64,000 nucleotides of DNA from Chloroflexota bacterium. Its GTDB lineage: Bacteria; Chloroflexota; Dehalococcoidia; Lucifugimonadales; Lucifugimonadaceae. The stretch lies in the NCBI GenBank assembly GCA_002719295.1, contig PBHC01000012.1, forward strand, positions 9,928 to 73,927, given 5' to 3'. Under the pieces are notes generated by a model. That model had not been told where the DNA came from. It saw only the letters and a program-made list of their open reading frames with translations, and made no database searches. The translations under genes were made by a program, and so were the position numbers. Each line of letters begins with the position of its first letter. Position 1 is the first letter of the stretch. Below, piece after piece: positions 50,484-60,129 of the stretch.

Positions 50484-51680
50484 ATGAAGTCAACACAAGA
50501 TTATAAAGATTTAGAAAAAAAATATTATATGCAGGTTGTAAATAGAATGCCACCTGTATTAGTTGAGGGAGAAGGAACTGTTGTTAGAGATAATGATGGT
50601 AAAGAATACTTAGATTTTACAGCTGGTTGGGCTGTATTAAACTTAGGTCATTCTCATGAATCTGTAACACAAGCTATAAAAGATCAAGCTGGAAAAATTT
50701 TACAAATGAGTAACCTTTACTATACTACGCCTCAACTTTCACTTGCAGAAACAATTGTAGAAAATTCAGCTGTGGATAGAGTCTTTTTTTGTAATTCAGG
50801 CGCAGAAGCAAATGAAGGCGCTACCAAACTTGCTAGAAAATGGGGTAAAAAGAAATTAAATGGAGCTTTTGAAATCATAACTACCTTAAATTCATTTCAT
50901 GGAAGAACTCAAGCTATGATGGCAGCAACTGGTCAACCCCACTATCAGGATAATTGGAGACCTCTAATGCCTGGATTTGTAAATGTAGAGTACAACAATA
51001 TTGATCAAATAAAGAATGCTTACAATGACAATACTTGTGCAGTAATGATTGAACCTTTGCAAGGAGAAGGAGGAGTTAATGTTCCAAGTGACGGATACCT
51101 AAAGGAAGTTCAAGAGTTTTGTAAATCAAAAAACATTTTATTTATATTAGATGAAGTTCAAACAGGAATGGGACGCTTGGGTACATTATTTGGCTACCAG
51201 AGATTTGATGGAGTGGAACCTGATGTTATGACACTTGCGAAAGCTTTAGGATCTGGAGCTCCATTAGGTGCTTTTTGTTCAAAAGAATTTTGTTCTGTTT
51301 TAGAACCTGGAGACCATGGCTCTACTTTTGGAGGGAATGCATTGACAACTGCAGCAGGTGCAGCAGCAGCAAAATTTATGGTTGAAAATGATATTCCTGC
51401 TTTAGCTCATAAATCAGGAGACTATATGAAGGGTAAATTATCCTTATTAATGGATAAATTTTCTTTTATTACTGAAGTAAGAGGAATGGGATTATTAATT
51501 GGACTTGAGATGAATCAAGATTTTTCTTCAAAAATTGTTGCAGAAGCGCTTGATGCAGGTTTATTAATTAATGCTGTTAGGCCAAACATGATTAGATTTA
51601 TGCCACCATTAAATGTTTCTACACAAGAGATTGATTCTGCTGTAAAAATAATTGAATCTATATTAGAAGGATTGAAATAA
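50484..51680 (+). CDS. argD: Acetylornithine aminotransferase (start at ATG 50484)
   Basis: YLDF, FFCNSGAEANE, SFHGRT, EPLQGEGG, DEVQTG, LAKALG, HGSTFGGN. Confidence 0.93.
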   Translation: MKSTQDYKDLEKKYYMQVVNRMPPVLVEGEGTVVRDNDGKEYLDFTAGWAVLNLGHSHESVTQAIKDQAGKILQMSNLYYTTPQLSLAETIVENSAVDRVFFCNSGAEANEGATKLARKWGKKKLNGAFEIITTLNSFHGRTQAMMAATGQPHYQDNWRPLMPGFVNVEYNNIDQIKNAYNDNTCAVMIEPLQGEGGVNVPSDGYLKEVQEFCKSKNILFILDEVQTGMGRLGTLFGYQRFDGVEPDVMTLAKALGSGAPLGAFCSKEFCSVLEPGDHGSTFGGNALTTAAGAAAAKFMVENDIPALAHKSGDYMKGKLSLLMDKFSFITEVRGMGLLIGLEMNQDFSSKIVAEALDAGLLINAVRPNMIRFMPPLNVSTQEIDSAVKIIESILEGLK

Positions 51681-51681
51681 T

Positions 51682-52899
51682 ATGTCAAAAGGTAAATGCG
51701 TATTAGCTTATAGCGGAGGGATGGATTCAACCATTTCAGTTGTTTGGATTAGAGAAAACTATGATCTTGATGTAATTACTCTAACAGTTGATTTGGGTGC
51801 AGGGCCTGAGATTGAAGGTGTGGCAGAAAAAGCTAAAAAGGCAGGAGCTATAGATTCAGTAATTTTGGATGTAAAAGATGAATTTGTAAATGAGTATGTT
51901 TTCCCAGGGCTTAAGGCAGGAGCAATGTATGAGGATGTATATGCTTTGTCCACAGCTTTTGCAAGACCTCTCATGTCAAAAAAATTAGTTGAAACTGCTA
52001 GAAAATATGGAGCAGAGTATGTTTCTCATGGATGCACAGGTAAAGGAAATGATCAAGTAAGATTTGATGCATCAATTATGACTCTCTCTGGTGACGGAGA
52101 TTCTATAAAAATAATAGCCCCTGCTAGAGAATGGGGAATGACTCGAGATGAAGAAAAAGAATATGCTAATAAGGCAGGTTTAGAAATAAGAGAAGTTGGT
52201 AATAATAGAGTGTACTCTATTGATAGAAATTTATGGGGCTTAGCTATAGAAGGAGAAGACTTGGAAGATACTTGGGTTGCTCCTCCTGAAGATGCATTTT
52301 CTTGGACATCTAGTATAGAAAATGCTCCTAATGAACAAGAAATAATAGAAATTGGTTTTGAAAAAGGAATTCCTGTTTCTTTGAATAATAAGGAAATGTC
52401 AGGAGTAAAACTAATCGATGAATTAAATGTTATAGCAGGAAAACATGGCATTGGTAGAGTAGACCATTTAGAAAACAGATTAGTTGGAATTAAAAGCAGA
52501 GAAGTTTATGAAACGCCTGCAGCAGTAGTTTTATATCAAGCTATAGCAGCTTTAGAAACGGCAACTTTATCAAGAGAACAACAGAGGATTAAATCTTCTC
52601 TTTCCACAACATTTTCTGATTTGGTTTACGATGGAAGATGGTTTACAAACTTAAGAGAAAATATTCAAGCATTTATGGATGATACTCAGAAATTTACTTC
52701 AGGAAATGTAAAACTTAAGCTCTACAAAGGTAGTTCTACAGTAATTGGTAGAAAATCTAGATTTTCACTATATGATTATAATATGTCTACATATTCTACT
52801 ACTGATAGTTTTAATCATGGATCAGCAGAAGGTTTTATAGATATATATTCATTACCAGCTAGAATGCAGGCAAAAAAACAAAAATATAATGATTTATAA
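51682..52899 (+). CDS. argG: Argininosuccinate synthase
   Basis: LAYSGGMDS, HGCTGKGNDQVRF, SIDRNLWG, ENRLVGIKSREVYE. Confidence 0.96.
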   Translation: MSKGKCVLAYSGGMDSTISVVWIRENYDLDVITLTVDLGAGPEIEGVAEKAKKAGAIDSVILDVKDEFVNEYVFPGLKAGAMYEDVYALSTAFARPLMSKKLVETARKYGAEYVSHGCTGKGNDQVRFDASIMTLSGDGDSIKIIAPAREWGMTRDEEKEYANKAGLEIREVGNNRVYSIDRNLWGLAIEGEDLEDTWVAPPEDAFSWTSSIENAPNEQEIIEIGFEKGIPVSLNNKEMSGVKLIDELNVIAGKHGIGRVDHLENRLVGIKSREVYETPAAVVLYQAIAALETATLSREQQRIKSSLSTTFSDLVYDGRWFTNLRENIQAFMDDTQKFTSGNVKLKLYKGSSTVIGRKSRFSLYDYNMSTYSTTDSFNHGSAEGFIDIYSLPARMQAKKQKYNDL

Positions 52900-52901
52900 A
52901 T

Positions 52902-54290
52902 TTGAAAAAAGATAATAAAAATAAAACTTCATCTGTCCAAGGTGGGGAAATTTTCGGAGAATTTACAAGTTCTTTTGATACTGATATTAGAATGTATAAA
53001 GAAGATATATCTGTTTCAATTGCTTACTCCAAAATGTTGGAAAAAATAAATTTAATTACTTCATCAGAATGTAAGAGTATCGTTAATGGTTTAAATGAGA
53101 TATTAAAAGAAATTCAACAAAAAAAGTTTAATTGGAATAGTAGTTTAGAAGACATACATCTAAATATAGAAAAAGCTTTATACGAAAAAATAGGAGATAC
53201 AGCAGGAAAATTACATTTTGGAAGATCAAGAAATGATCAAGTAGCAACAGATGTAAAGTTGTACATGAAAAATAGATTAACTGATGTAAGAAATGAGTTG
53301 ATATTATTTTTAGAAGAAACTATTTCTCTGGCTGATGAAAATATTTCAATAATTATGCCTGGTTATACTCACTTACAAAAAGGACAGCCAGTACTTCTAT
53401 CTCAATATCTAATGGCATATTTTACTATGTTATCTAGAGATTTAGATAGAGTTGATCAATGTTTTGAAAACTTAGATATTATGCCATTAGGATCTGGTGC
53501 ATTTGCCGGTGTTACTATACCTATTGATAGAGAATTTTTAGCTAAGGAACTAGGTTTTACTAAAATATCAAGCAACTCAATTGATGCGGTTTCTTCTAGG
53601 GACCACATTTTGGACGTTCATTATGTTTGCACCTCAACTATATTGAATTTATCTAGAATATGTGAAGAATTTATTATTTGGTCTACAGATGAGTTTGATT
53701 TTATAAACCTCCCAGAAAAATTTACAACAGGTTCTAGCATAATGCCTCAGAAAAGGAATCCTGATTATTTAGAATTAATTCGTGGAAAATCAGGAGGAGT
53801 GTTAGGGAATTTTATGGGTCTTATGGCAACTTTAAAAGCTTTGCCATTTACTTATAATAGAGATTTGCAAGAAGATAGAAGCGGCGTGATGTTATCTTTA
53901 GATGTTTTATTAGATAGTTTAAAGGTTTTAAAAACTATGTTTTCTGAAATTACTTTCAATAAGGAAAAAATGCTTGAATCTTCATTAAAATCTGATATCT
54001 TAGCAACAGATTTTGCAGACTACCTAGCATATAAAAAAATCCCCTTCAGAGAAGCTTATGAAATTATAAAAAAGGTATCTCAAAAACTATCTAGAGAAAA
54101 AAAATCTATAAATGAATTATCTTTAGATGAATTTAAGGATATTTCTGATCTTTTTGATGATGATGTGATGAATATAGACCTAAAGTATTCTATAAATAAA
54201 AGAAATTCTTTAGGAGGAACTTCTACTGATTCTGTAAAAAATCAAATAAAAAATGCAAAAATTTTTATAAGTACTAAATTAAATGCTTGA
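52902..54290 (+). CDS. argH: Argininosuccinate lyase
   Basis: EDIH, GRSRNDQV, MPGYTHLQ, TGSSIMPQKRNPD, YNRDLQED. Confidence 0.96.
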   Translation: MKKDNKNKTSSVQGGEIFGEFTSSFDTDIRMYKEDISVSIAYSKMLEKINLITSSECKSIVNGLNEILKEIQQKKFNWNSSLEDIHLNIEKALYEKIGDTAGKLHFGRSRNDQVATDVKLYMKNRLTDVRNELILFLEETISLADENISIIMPGYTHLQKGQPVLLSQYLMAYFTMLSRDLDRVDQCFENLDIMPLGSGAFAGVTIPIDREFLAKELGFTKISSNSIDAVSSRDHILDVHYVCTSTILNLSRICEEFIIWSTDEFDFINLPEKFTTGSSIMPQKRNPDYLELIRGKSGGVLGNFMGLMATLKALPFTYNRDLQEDRSGVMLSLDVLLDSLKVLKTMFSEITFNKEKMLESSLKSDILATDFADYLAYKKIPFREAYEIIKKVSQKLSREKKSINELSLDEFKDISDLFDDDVMNIDLKYSINKRNSLGGTSTDSVKNQIKNAKIFISTKLNA

Positions 54291-54942
54291 TAAAGATATT
54301 ATTATAAGTGCATCAATTTTATCTTCAAATTTTAAGAATTTAGAAAAAGAAATAAAATCACTCAATTTATCTGGAATAAATGAATTTCATATTGATATTA
54401 TGGATGGCCATTTTGTTGAAAATATTTCTTTTGGACAACCATTAGTCCAGACAGTAAGATCATTGACTAAATTACCCGTAGAAGCTCACTTAATGGTGAA
54501 TAACCCAATAAATCATGCAGTCAGTCTATCTGAAATAGGAGTCGATATATTTACTTTTCATATAGAATCTTCAGATAATCCTAAAGAAGTAATCGATATT
54601 CTTTGTAATACAAAAACTAAAATAGGAATAGCTATTAATCCTGATACAGAAATTAATGAAATCGTTCCATTCTTAGATTTTATTGATAGAGTGTTATTCA
54701 TGACTGTTTATCCTGGAAAAGGTGGACAATCTTATCTTCCTTTTGTTGAAGAAAAAATAAAAAGTTTAGCTGAAATTGATAAATCAGGAGATTTACTAAT
54801 AGGCGTTGATGGAGGAATAAAATCAGAAACTATTAAACGTCCATTTGAATGTGGAGCAAGAATGTTTGTTTCTGGGACAGGTATTTTAAATAACGAGTTA
54901 GGTTATTTGGGTGCTGTAAATCAGTTGCGAAAAACTATTTGA
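54283..54942 (+). CDS. rpe: Ribulose-phosphate 3-epimerase
   Basis: HIDIMDGHFV, AHLM, MTVYPG.GGQ, VDGGI. Confidence 0.93.
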   Translation: MLDKDIIISASILSSNFKNLEKEIKSLNLSGINEFHIDIMDGHFVENISFGQPLVQTVRSLTKLPVEAHLMVNNPINHAVSLSEIGVDIFTFHIESSDNPKEVIDILCNTKTKIGIAINPDTEINEIVPFLDFIDRVLFMTVYPGKGGQSYLPFVEEKIKSLAEIDKSGDLLIGVDGGIKSETIKRPFECGARMFVSGTGILNNELGYLGAVNQLRKTI

Positions 54943-55147
54943 GAGCAATTCCTTTTTTGTCTAAAGTTCTTATTTCTCTTGCAGTTAATTTTACTGTATA
55001 TTCTTTTTCGCCAATTGTAACTTTTCTTTTTTGAACGTTTGGTTTTGAAATTTTTTGAGTAGCATTTAGTGCGTGTGACCTGTTATGACCAAATAAAGGT
55101 TTTTTTAGTGGACCTAAGCCCAAGTGCTTTCTAGGATCGATTGACAT
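54935..55147 (-). CDS. rpmB: 50S ribosomal protein L28, cysteine-free form
   Basis: KPLFGHNRSHALNAT..PNVQ..AREIRTL; divergent from the DAK2 gene as in the conserved rpmB/fakA/recG arrangement. Confidence 0.85.
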   Translation of the reverse strand: MSIDPRKHLGLGPLKKPLFGHNRSHALNATQKISKPNVQKRKVTIGEKEYTVKLTAREIRTLDKKGIALK

Positions 55148-55237
55148 TTTTCTCTCTCGGTAAATTTATTATCTAAATTATTTTTTTTTTTACGACTATA
55201 GTTTATCATTCAATCTTATAATCGGAAATATTATTTT

Positions 55238-56878
55238 ATGAACACAAATAAAGAGATTTCACTCGAAAACCTAATTTTAGGGATTAATAATTTTATTTTT
55301 TGCTTGAATTTATACAAAGAAAAAATAAATAATTTAAATGTTTTCCCTGTTCCAGATGGAGATACAGGAACAAATATGCTTTTAACTATGAAAAGCTTAG
55401 ACTTATCATATAAAGAGAATATGAAAATAGAAGATTTTTTATTTTCTTTAAAAAATTCTTCCTTGATGGAAGCAAGGGGAAATTCTGGAGTTATTTTATC
55501 TCAATTTTTTCTTGGTTTGCTATCAGCGTATGAAAAAAATAAAGTTTTATCATTCAAAACATTGGCAGATGCAATAGTTAATGCAGCCAGAACAACGAGA
55601 GAATCTCTACCAAACCCTGTTGAAGGAACTTTGCTAACTATTTATGAAGATGTTGGTACAATCGCAATCAGAAAATTTGAATCATCTAAGAATTTATCAG
55701 ATTTTTTGAAAGAACTTTCTCTTGAATCTATTAAATCTGTAAAAGATACACCTAATAAATTACAAATTTTAAAAGAAGCAGATGTAGTAGACTCGGGAGG
55801 ATTAGGATTTGCAATGATGATTAATTCTTGGTTTTTTTCAACACTTTACAAAAATCAAGAAGATATAGAAAAAAAACTTAATGAGGTATACCTTGAAATG
55901 ATTTCAGGTTTATCTGACTCTGTATCTAAAGACTTTTATGATGATTCAGAAGAAATTGAATGGGGGAATTGTACTGTATTTACTGTAAAAGGTGAAAATA
56001 TGGATATTTCAAAACATAGAAAAAAAATCCCTGAATTTGGGAAATCTGCTGTAATTACAGGCGATTCGTCTTTGATGAAAATCCATATACATGTTTTAGA
56101 AACTGATCCAATTATAGAATATGCTAATTCAATTGGTTCAGTAGAAAATATTTTTATACAAAATATGGATGAGCAAACTAAAGATATGCTTAATTCCAAA
56201 AAAGATTATAAAAATATAAATACATCTATTATTTCAATTTGTGAAGGAAATGGAATCATAAATTTATTTAATGAAACTGCTGGAAATGCTATGCATGTTT
56301 TGATTGGAGGACCTAAAAAAAATCCCAGTATAAATGATATTTTAGAAATAGTTAAAAATATAAAATCTAAAAACATTATTATACTGCCAAATAATCCTAA
56401 TATTTTAGTAACAGTAAAAAAATTACTTGAAATATCTGATCGAGAAGGTATTGGAATTTTAGAAACAAAGTCAATTCAGCAAGGTATATCGAGTGTTGTA
56501 TATTTTGATGACTCTAAAACTTTAGATGAAAATATATCAATAATGAATAAGGGGATTTCTTCAATTGAAGAAGCCTCTGTAACAATATCTACTAGAGATG
56601 TAAAAATTAGTGGAAAAAATATAAAAAAGAATCAATATATTGCAATTCTAAATGATGAAATTTTAGATTCTTTTGATAATCCCCAAAAAGCACTTGAATA
56701 TTTATTAAATAATATGAGTTCAAGAAATGAAATTTTGACAGTTATAGTAGGACATGATTCTATAGAAGAATCCCACGAAAAATTAGAAGAATCTTTTTAT
56801 GAACAAAACAATGATAATGAATTAACGATTGTAGAAGGCAACCAACCGTACTATAATTATTTCATATTAGGAGAATAG
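55238..56878 (+). CDS. DAK2-domain fatty acid kinase catalytic subunit (FakA-like)
   Basis: LNVFPVPDGDTGTNM, ARGNSGVILSQ, PVEGTLLT, VVDSGG, KIHIH, ILPNN. Confidence 0.92.
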   Translation: MNTNKEISLENLILGINNFIFCLNLYKEKINNLNVFPVPDGDTGTNMLLTMKSLDLSYKENMKIEDFLFSLKNSSLMEARGNSGVILSQFFLGLLSAYEKNKVLSFKTLADAIVNAARTTRESLPNPVEGTLLTIYEDVGTIAIRKFESSKNLSDFLKELSLESIKSVKDTPNKLQILKEADVVDSGGLGFAMMINSWFFSTLYKNQEDIEKKLNEVYLEMISGLSDSVSKDFYDDSEEIEWGNCTVFTVKGENMDISKHRKKIPEFGKSAVITGDSSLMKIHIHVLETDPIIEYANSIGSVENIFIQNMDEQTKDMLNSKKDYKNINTSIISICEGNGIINLFNETAGNAMHVLIGGPKKNPSINDILEIVKNIKSKNIIILPNNPNILVTVKKLLEISDREGIGILETKSIQQGISSVVYFDDSKTLDENISIMNKGISSIEEASVTISTRDVKISGKNIKKNQYIAILNDEILDSFDNPQKALEYLLNNMSSRNEILTVIVGHDSIEESHEKLEESFYEQNNDNELTIVEGNQPYYNYFILGE

Positions 56879-56887
56879 GTATATAAA

Positions 56888-57724
56888 ATGTCAAAAATAG
56901 CAATAGTAACAGATAGTACTTGTGATTTACCAAATAAAGTAGTAAAAGAAAAAAATATAACAGTCATTCCATTAAATGTACACTTTGGAGAAGAAACTTT
57001 TTTAGATGGAATTGATATAAAATCAGATACTTTTTTTGAAAAATTAAGTTCCTCAGAAATTCATCCACAAACTTCTCAACCATCAGTTGGAAGATTTGTT
57101 GAAGCATATGAAAAATTATTGAAAACTCATGATTCAATAATTTCTGTTCATATATCAGGAAAACTTAGTGCTACATACAGCTCAGCATTACAGGCCCAAA
57201 AAGAAATAGGGAATGACAATGTGAAAGTTATCGATAGTATGAATGGAACACTTGGTTTAGGAGCAATAATATATAAGCTTGCAGAATTAAATCAAGAGGG
57301 AAAATCTTTTGAAAATATAGTAGAAGAAGCAAAAAAAATTATACCAAATGCAAAATTTATGGGCTTAGTACCTACTCTAGAATATTTAGCAAAAGGTGGA
57401 CGAATAGGTAAAGCACGTGAATTTATAGGCTCCTTATTAAAGATCAAGCCTATTTTAGGAGCTGTCGACGGAGAGATTCAATCTGTTGGTAAGGCTAGAA
57501 CCCTAGTAAAAGGAATGGATTTTATAGTTGAAGAATTAAAAAACCATAATATAAAAACTCTTTTTATAGTCCATGCGAATCATTCAGAAAGAGCAAATTT
57601 ACTAAAAGACAAAGCATCAGAAGTAGTTGATTCAAAAAACATAATTATTGCTGAGTTTGGGCCGGTTGTTGGAACGCATCTCGGACCAGGAGCCTTTGGG
57701 GTAGGATTTCTTTCTTCGGAGTAA
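56888..57724 (+). CDS. DegV-family fatty acid-binding protein (FakB-like)
   Basis: IVTDSTCDL, TSQPS, ISGKLSATY, VIDS, GGRIG, HLGPG. Confidence 0.93.
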   Translation: MSKIAIVTDSTCDLPNKVVKEKNITVIPLNVHFGEETFLDGIDIKSDTFFEKLSSSEIHPQTSQPSVGRFVEAYEKLLKTHDSIISVHISGKLSATYSSALQAQKEIGNDNVKVIDSMNGTLGLGAIIYKLAELNQEGKSFENIVEEAKKIIPNAKFMGLVPTLEYLAKGGRIGKAREFIGSLLKIKPILGAVDGEIQSVGKARTLVKGMDFIVEELKNHNIKTLFIVHANHSERANLLKDKASEVVDSKNIIIAEFGPVVGTHLGPGAFGVGFLSSE

Positions 57725-57728
57725 ATAA

Positions 57729-60110
57729 TTGGATTCTTCAAAGAAAGTAAATAGGCTAAAAATATTATCCTCTATTCTTTCACAAGAATATGATTTGGGC
57801 CTAAATGATCAATCAATTGAGCTTGGTATAGATAATTTCATTCAAAATTCATTTAATGATTTAGATTGGATTAGAGATGTTTATCCAATGCGTTCAAGAC
57901 AGTATAAAAATTTAGGAATAGGCGAAAGGCATATATGGGTTAAAAATCTTATATCTAAAATATATTATGAAATAAAAATTATTGAAGAAAAAATTTCACA
58001 TGAGTTGCTCTTAAAAAATTTACCTCTTGAGACTCCTTTAGATCAACTTCCATTTATGGAAAAAAGAAATGTAATGAAATTTTCTAATTTAGGGATTTTT
58101 AATCTTGGGGATTTAGTTTTACACTTTCCTTTTAGATACAAAGATTACACAACAAAAAAACCTATAAAATTTTTGAAAGAAAATGAGGATGCCACAATTG
58201 TAGGCACCATTACTAAAAAATTATTAATCAAAAGAATGAACGCTCCACAAATTATGGTCTCTGATGATACAGGTTCAATCACAGCTACTTTTTTTAATAT
58301 GGCTTTTTTAGTAAAAAAATTTAAAGTGGGTCAAAAAATAGCTTTAGCTGGATTAGTAAAAAGATTTAGAAATTCACTACAATTTAATAATCCTGATTAT
58401 GAATTATTTGACACAAATATCAGAAGATTTGATTATCTTCAACCAATCTATCATTCAACGGATAAATTATCTCAAGAAGTAATTAAGACAAGAATTTCAA
58501 GTGCAATAAAATCTAATGTTTTAGAAAAATTTGAGGATTTTATTCCAAAAGATATTCTTTTAAGAAATGATCTTTTTTCACTAAGAGATTCCATAAAAAA
58601 ACTACATTTTTCTAAAAATCTAAACGAAAAAGATAAGGCCTCTAGAAGTTTTGCTTTTCATGAAGTATTTGAGAATCAAATTTCTGTAAAATACAGAAAA
58701 AAACAGAGGGAAAAAAATATTTCTTCATATAAGTTTAAATCGTTTAGTGAAAACTATAAAACAATTATTAAACTATTGCCGTTTAATTTAACCAAAGACC
58801 AAAAGACTTCTCTTGGACAAATTGAAAATGACCTGTCTTCTAATCTACCTATGGCAAGATTGCTTCAAGGTGAAGTAGGTTCAGGAAAAACAATCATAGC
58901 TTTAATTTCTCTTTTATGTAGCGCAATGGAAAATAAACAAGGAATTTTATTGGCTCCGACAGAAGTATTGGCGGAACAACATTTTCTAAATTTATCTGAT
59001 TTAGTTGATGCATCTATTGAATTTGGAAATGATGAGAATATACGAGTTTGTGAAATAAATAAACAAATAAAAATAGGACTACTAACAGGTTCATTGAATC
59101 AAAAAACTAAGGATAAAACTAGAAGTATGATAGTGAATAAAGAAGTAGACATTATTATTGGAACTCATGCTTTGCTACAAGAAAAAATTTCAAAAAACCT
59201 TTCAGGGCTTATTGTTATAGATGAACAACAAAGATTTGGAGTAGATCAAAGAAATTTACTATTAAAGCGAAATCCTATTCCAAATTTATTGGCCATGTCA
59301 GCTACTCCAATTCCTAGAACATTAAGTATGACTCTTTATGGAGACCTATCTTTATCAACGATTAAAACTATGCCTAATAGAAAAAGAGATGTCGAAACTT
59401 TTTGGATGAAGAATAATCAATTTGATGAAATTATATTGAATATAGAAAAAGAATTACAATCAGGATCTCAGGTTTTTTACGTTTGTCCACATATAGATAC
59501 ATCTGAAAAAATAGAAGTCTCTTCAGTTACTCAAGAATTTGAAAAATTACAACTTAGTAAATTATCTAAATATAAAATAATGCTTTTGCATGGAAGAATG
59601 AAAATGGACGAAAAACATAAAATTATGGATAAATTGAGAACAGGAGAAATAGATATTTTAGTTACAACTCCAATAATAGAAGTAGGTGTTGATATTCCAA
59701 ATGCAACTCTTATAGTAATTAATTCCGCTGAAAGATTTGGGATATCTCAGCTTCACCAATTAAGAGGGAGGGTTGGAAGAGGTGAAAAAATATCCAAATG
59801 TATTATAGTTTCTTCTGATGAAATAAATGAATTGACTGCTAAAAGAATGGAAGCTTTGGTAAAAAGTAATAATGGATTTAAGCTTTCTGAAGAAGATCTG
59901 AAAATAAGAGGACCTGGGGAGATAGACAAAACTAAACAAAGTGGCTGGTCATCAGATTATAAAATTGCTGATCCATTAGACTTAGAATTGATAAAAGAAG
60001 TTAATATCGAAGTTGAGAAAATAATAAATCAAGATCCAAATCTAAATACTCATTCAAAAATCAAAAAAGTCCTAAAGAACCCTGCAATGGCAGACATAAA
60101 TTTTGGATAA
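57729..60110 (+). CDS. recG: ATP-dependent DNA helicase RecG
   Basis: HFPFRY, QGEVGSGKT, APTEVLAEQH, DEQQRFG, MSATPIPR, QLHQLRGRVGRG, DLKIRGPG. Confidence 0.95.
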   Translation: MDSSKKVNRLKILSSILSQEYDLGLNDQSIELGIDNFIQNSFNDLDWIRDVYPMRSRQYKNLGIGERHIWVKNLISKIYYEIKIIEEKISHELLLKNLPLETPLDQLPFMEKRNVMKFSNLGIFNLGDLVLHFPFRYKDYTTKKPIKFLKENEDATIVGTITKKLLIKRMNAPQIMVSDDTGSITATFFNMAFLVKKFKVGQKIALAGLVKRFRNSLQFNNPDYELFDTNIRRFDYLQPIYHSTDKLSQEVIKTRISSAIKSNVLEKFEDFIPKDILLRNDLFSLRDSIKKLHFSKNLNEKDKASRSFAFHEVFENQISVKYRKKQREKNISSYKFKSFSENYKTIIKLLPFNLTKDQKTSLGQIENDLSSNLPMARLLQGEVGSGKTIIALISLLCSAMENKQGILLAPTEVLAEQHFLNLSDLVDASIEFGNDENIRVCEINKQIKIGLLTGSLNQKTKDKTRSMIVNKEVDIIIGTHALLQEKISKNLSGLIVIDEQQRFGVDQRNLLLKRNPIPNLLAMSATPIPRTLSMTLYGDLSLSTIKTMPNRKRDVETFWMKNNQFDEIILNIEKELQSGSQVFYVCPHIDTSEKIEVSSVTQEFEKLQLSKLSKYKIMLLHGRMKMDEKHKIMDKLRTGEIDILVTTPIIEVGVDIPNATLIVINSAERFGISQLHQLRGRVGRGEKISKCIIVSSDEINELTAKRMEALVKSNNGFKLSEEDLKIRGPGEIDKTKQSGWSSDYKIADPLDLELIKEVNIEVEKIINQDPNLNTHSKIKKVLKNPAMADINFG

Positions 60111-60129
60111 ATTGTAATATTACAAAATT

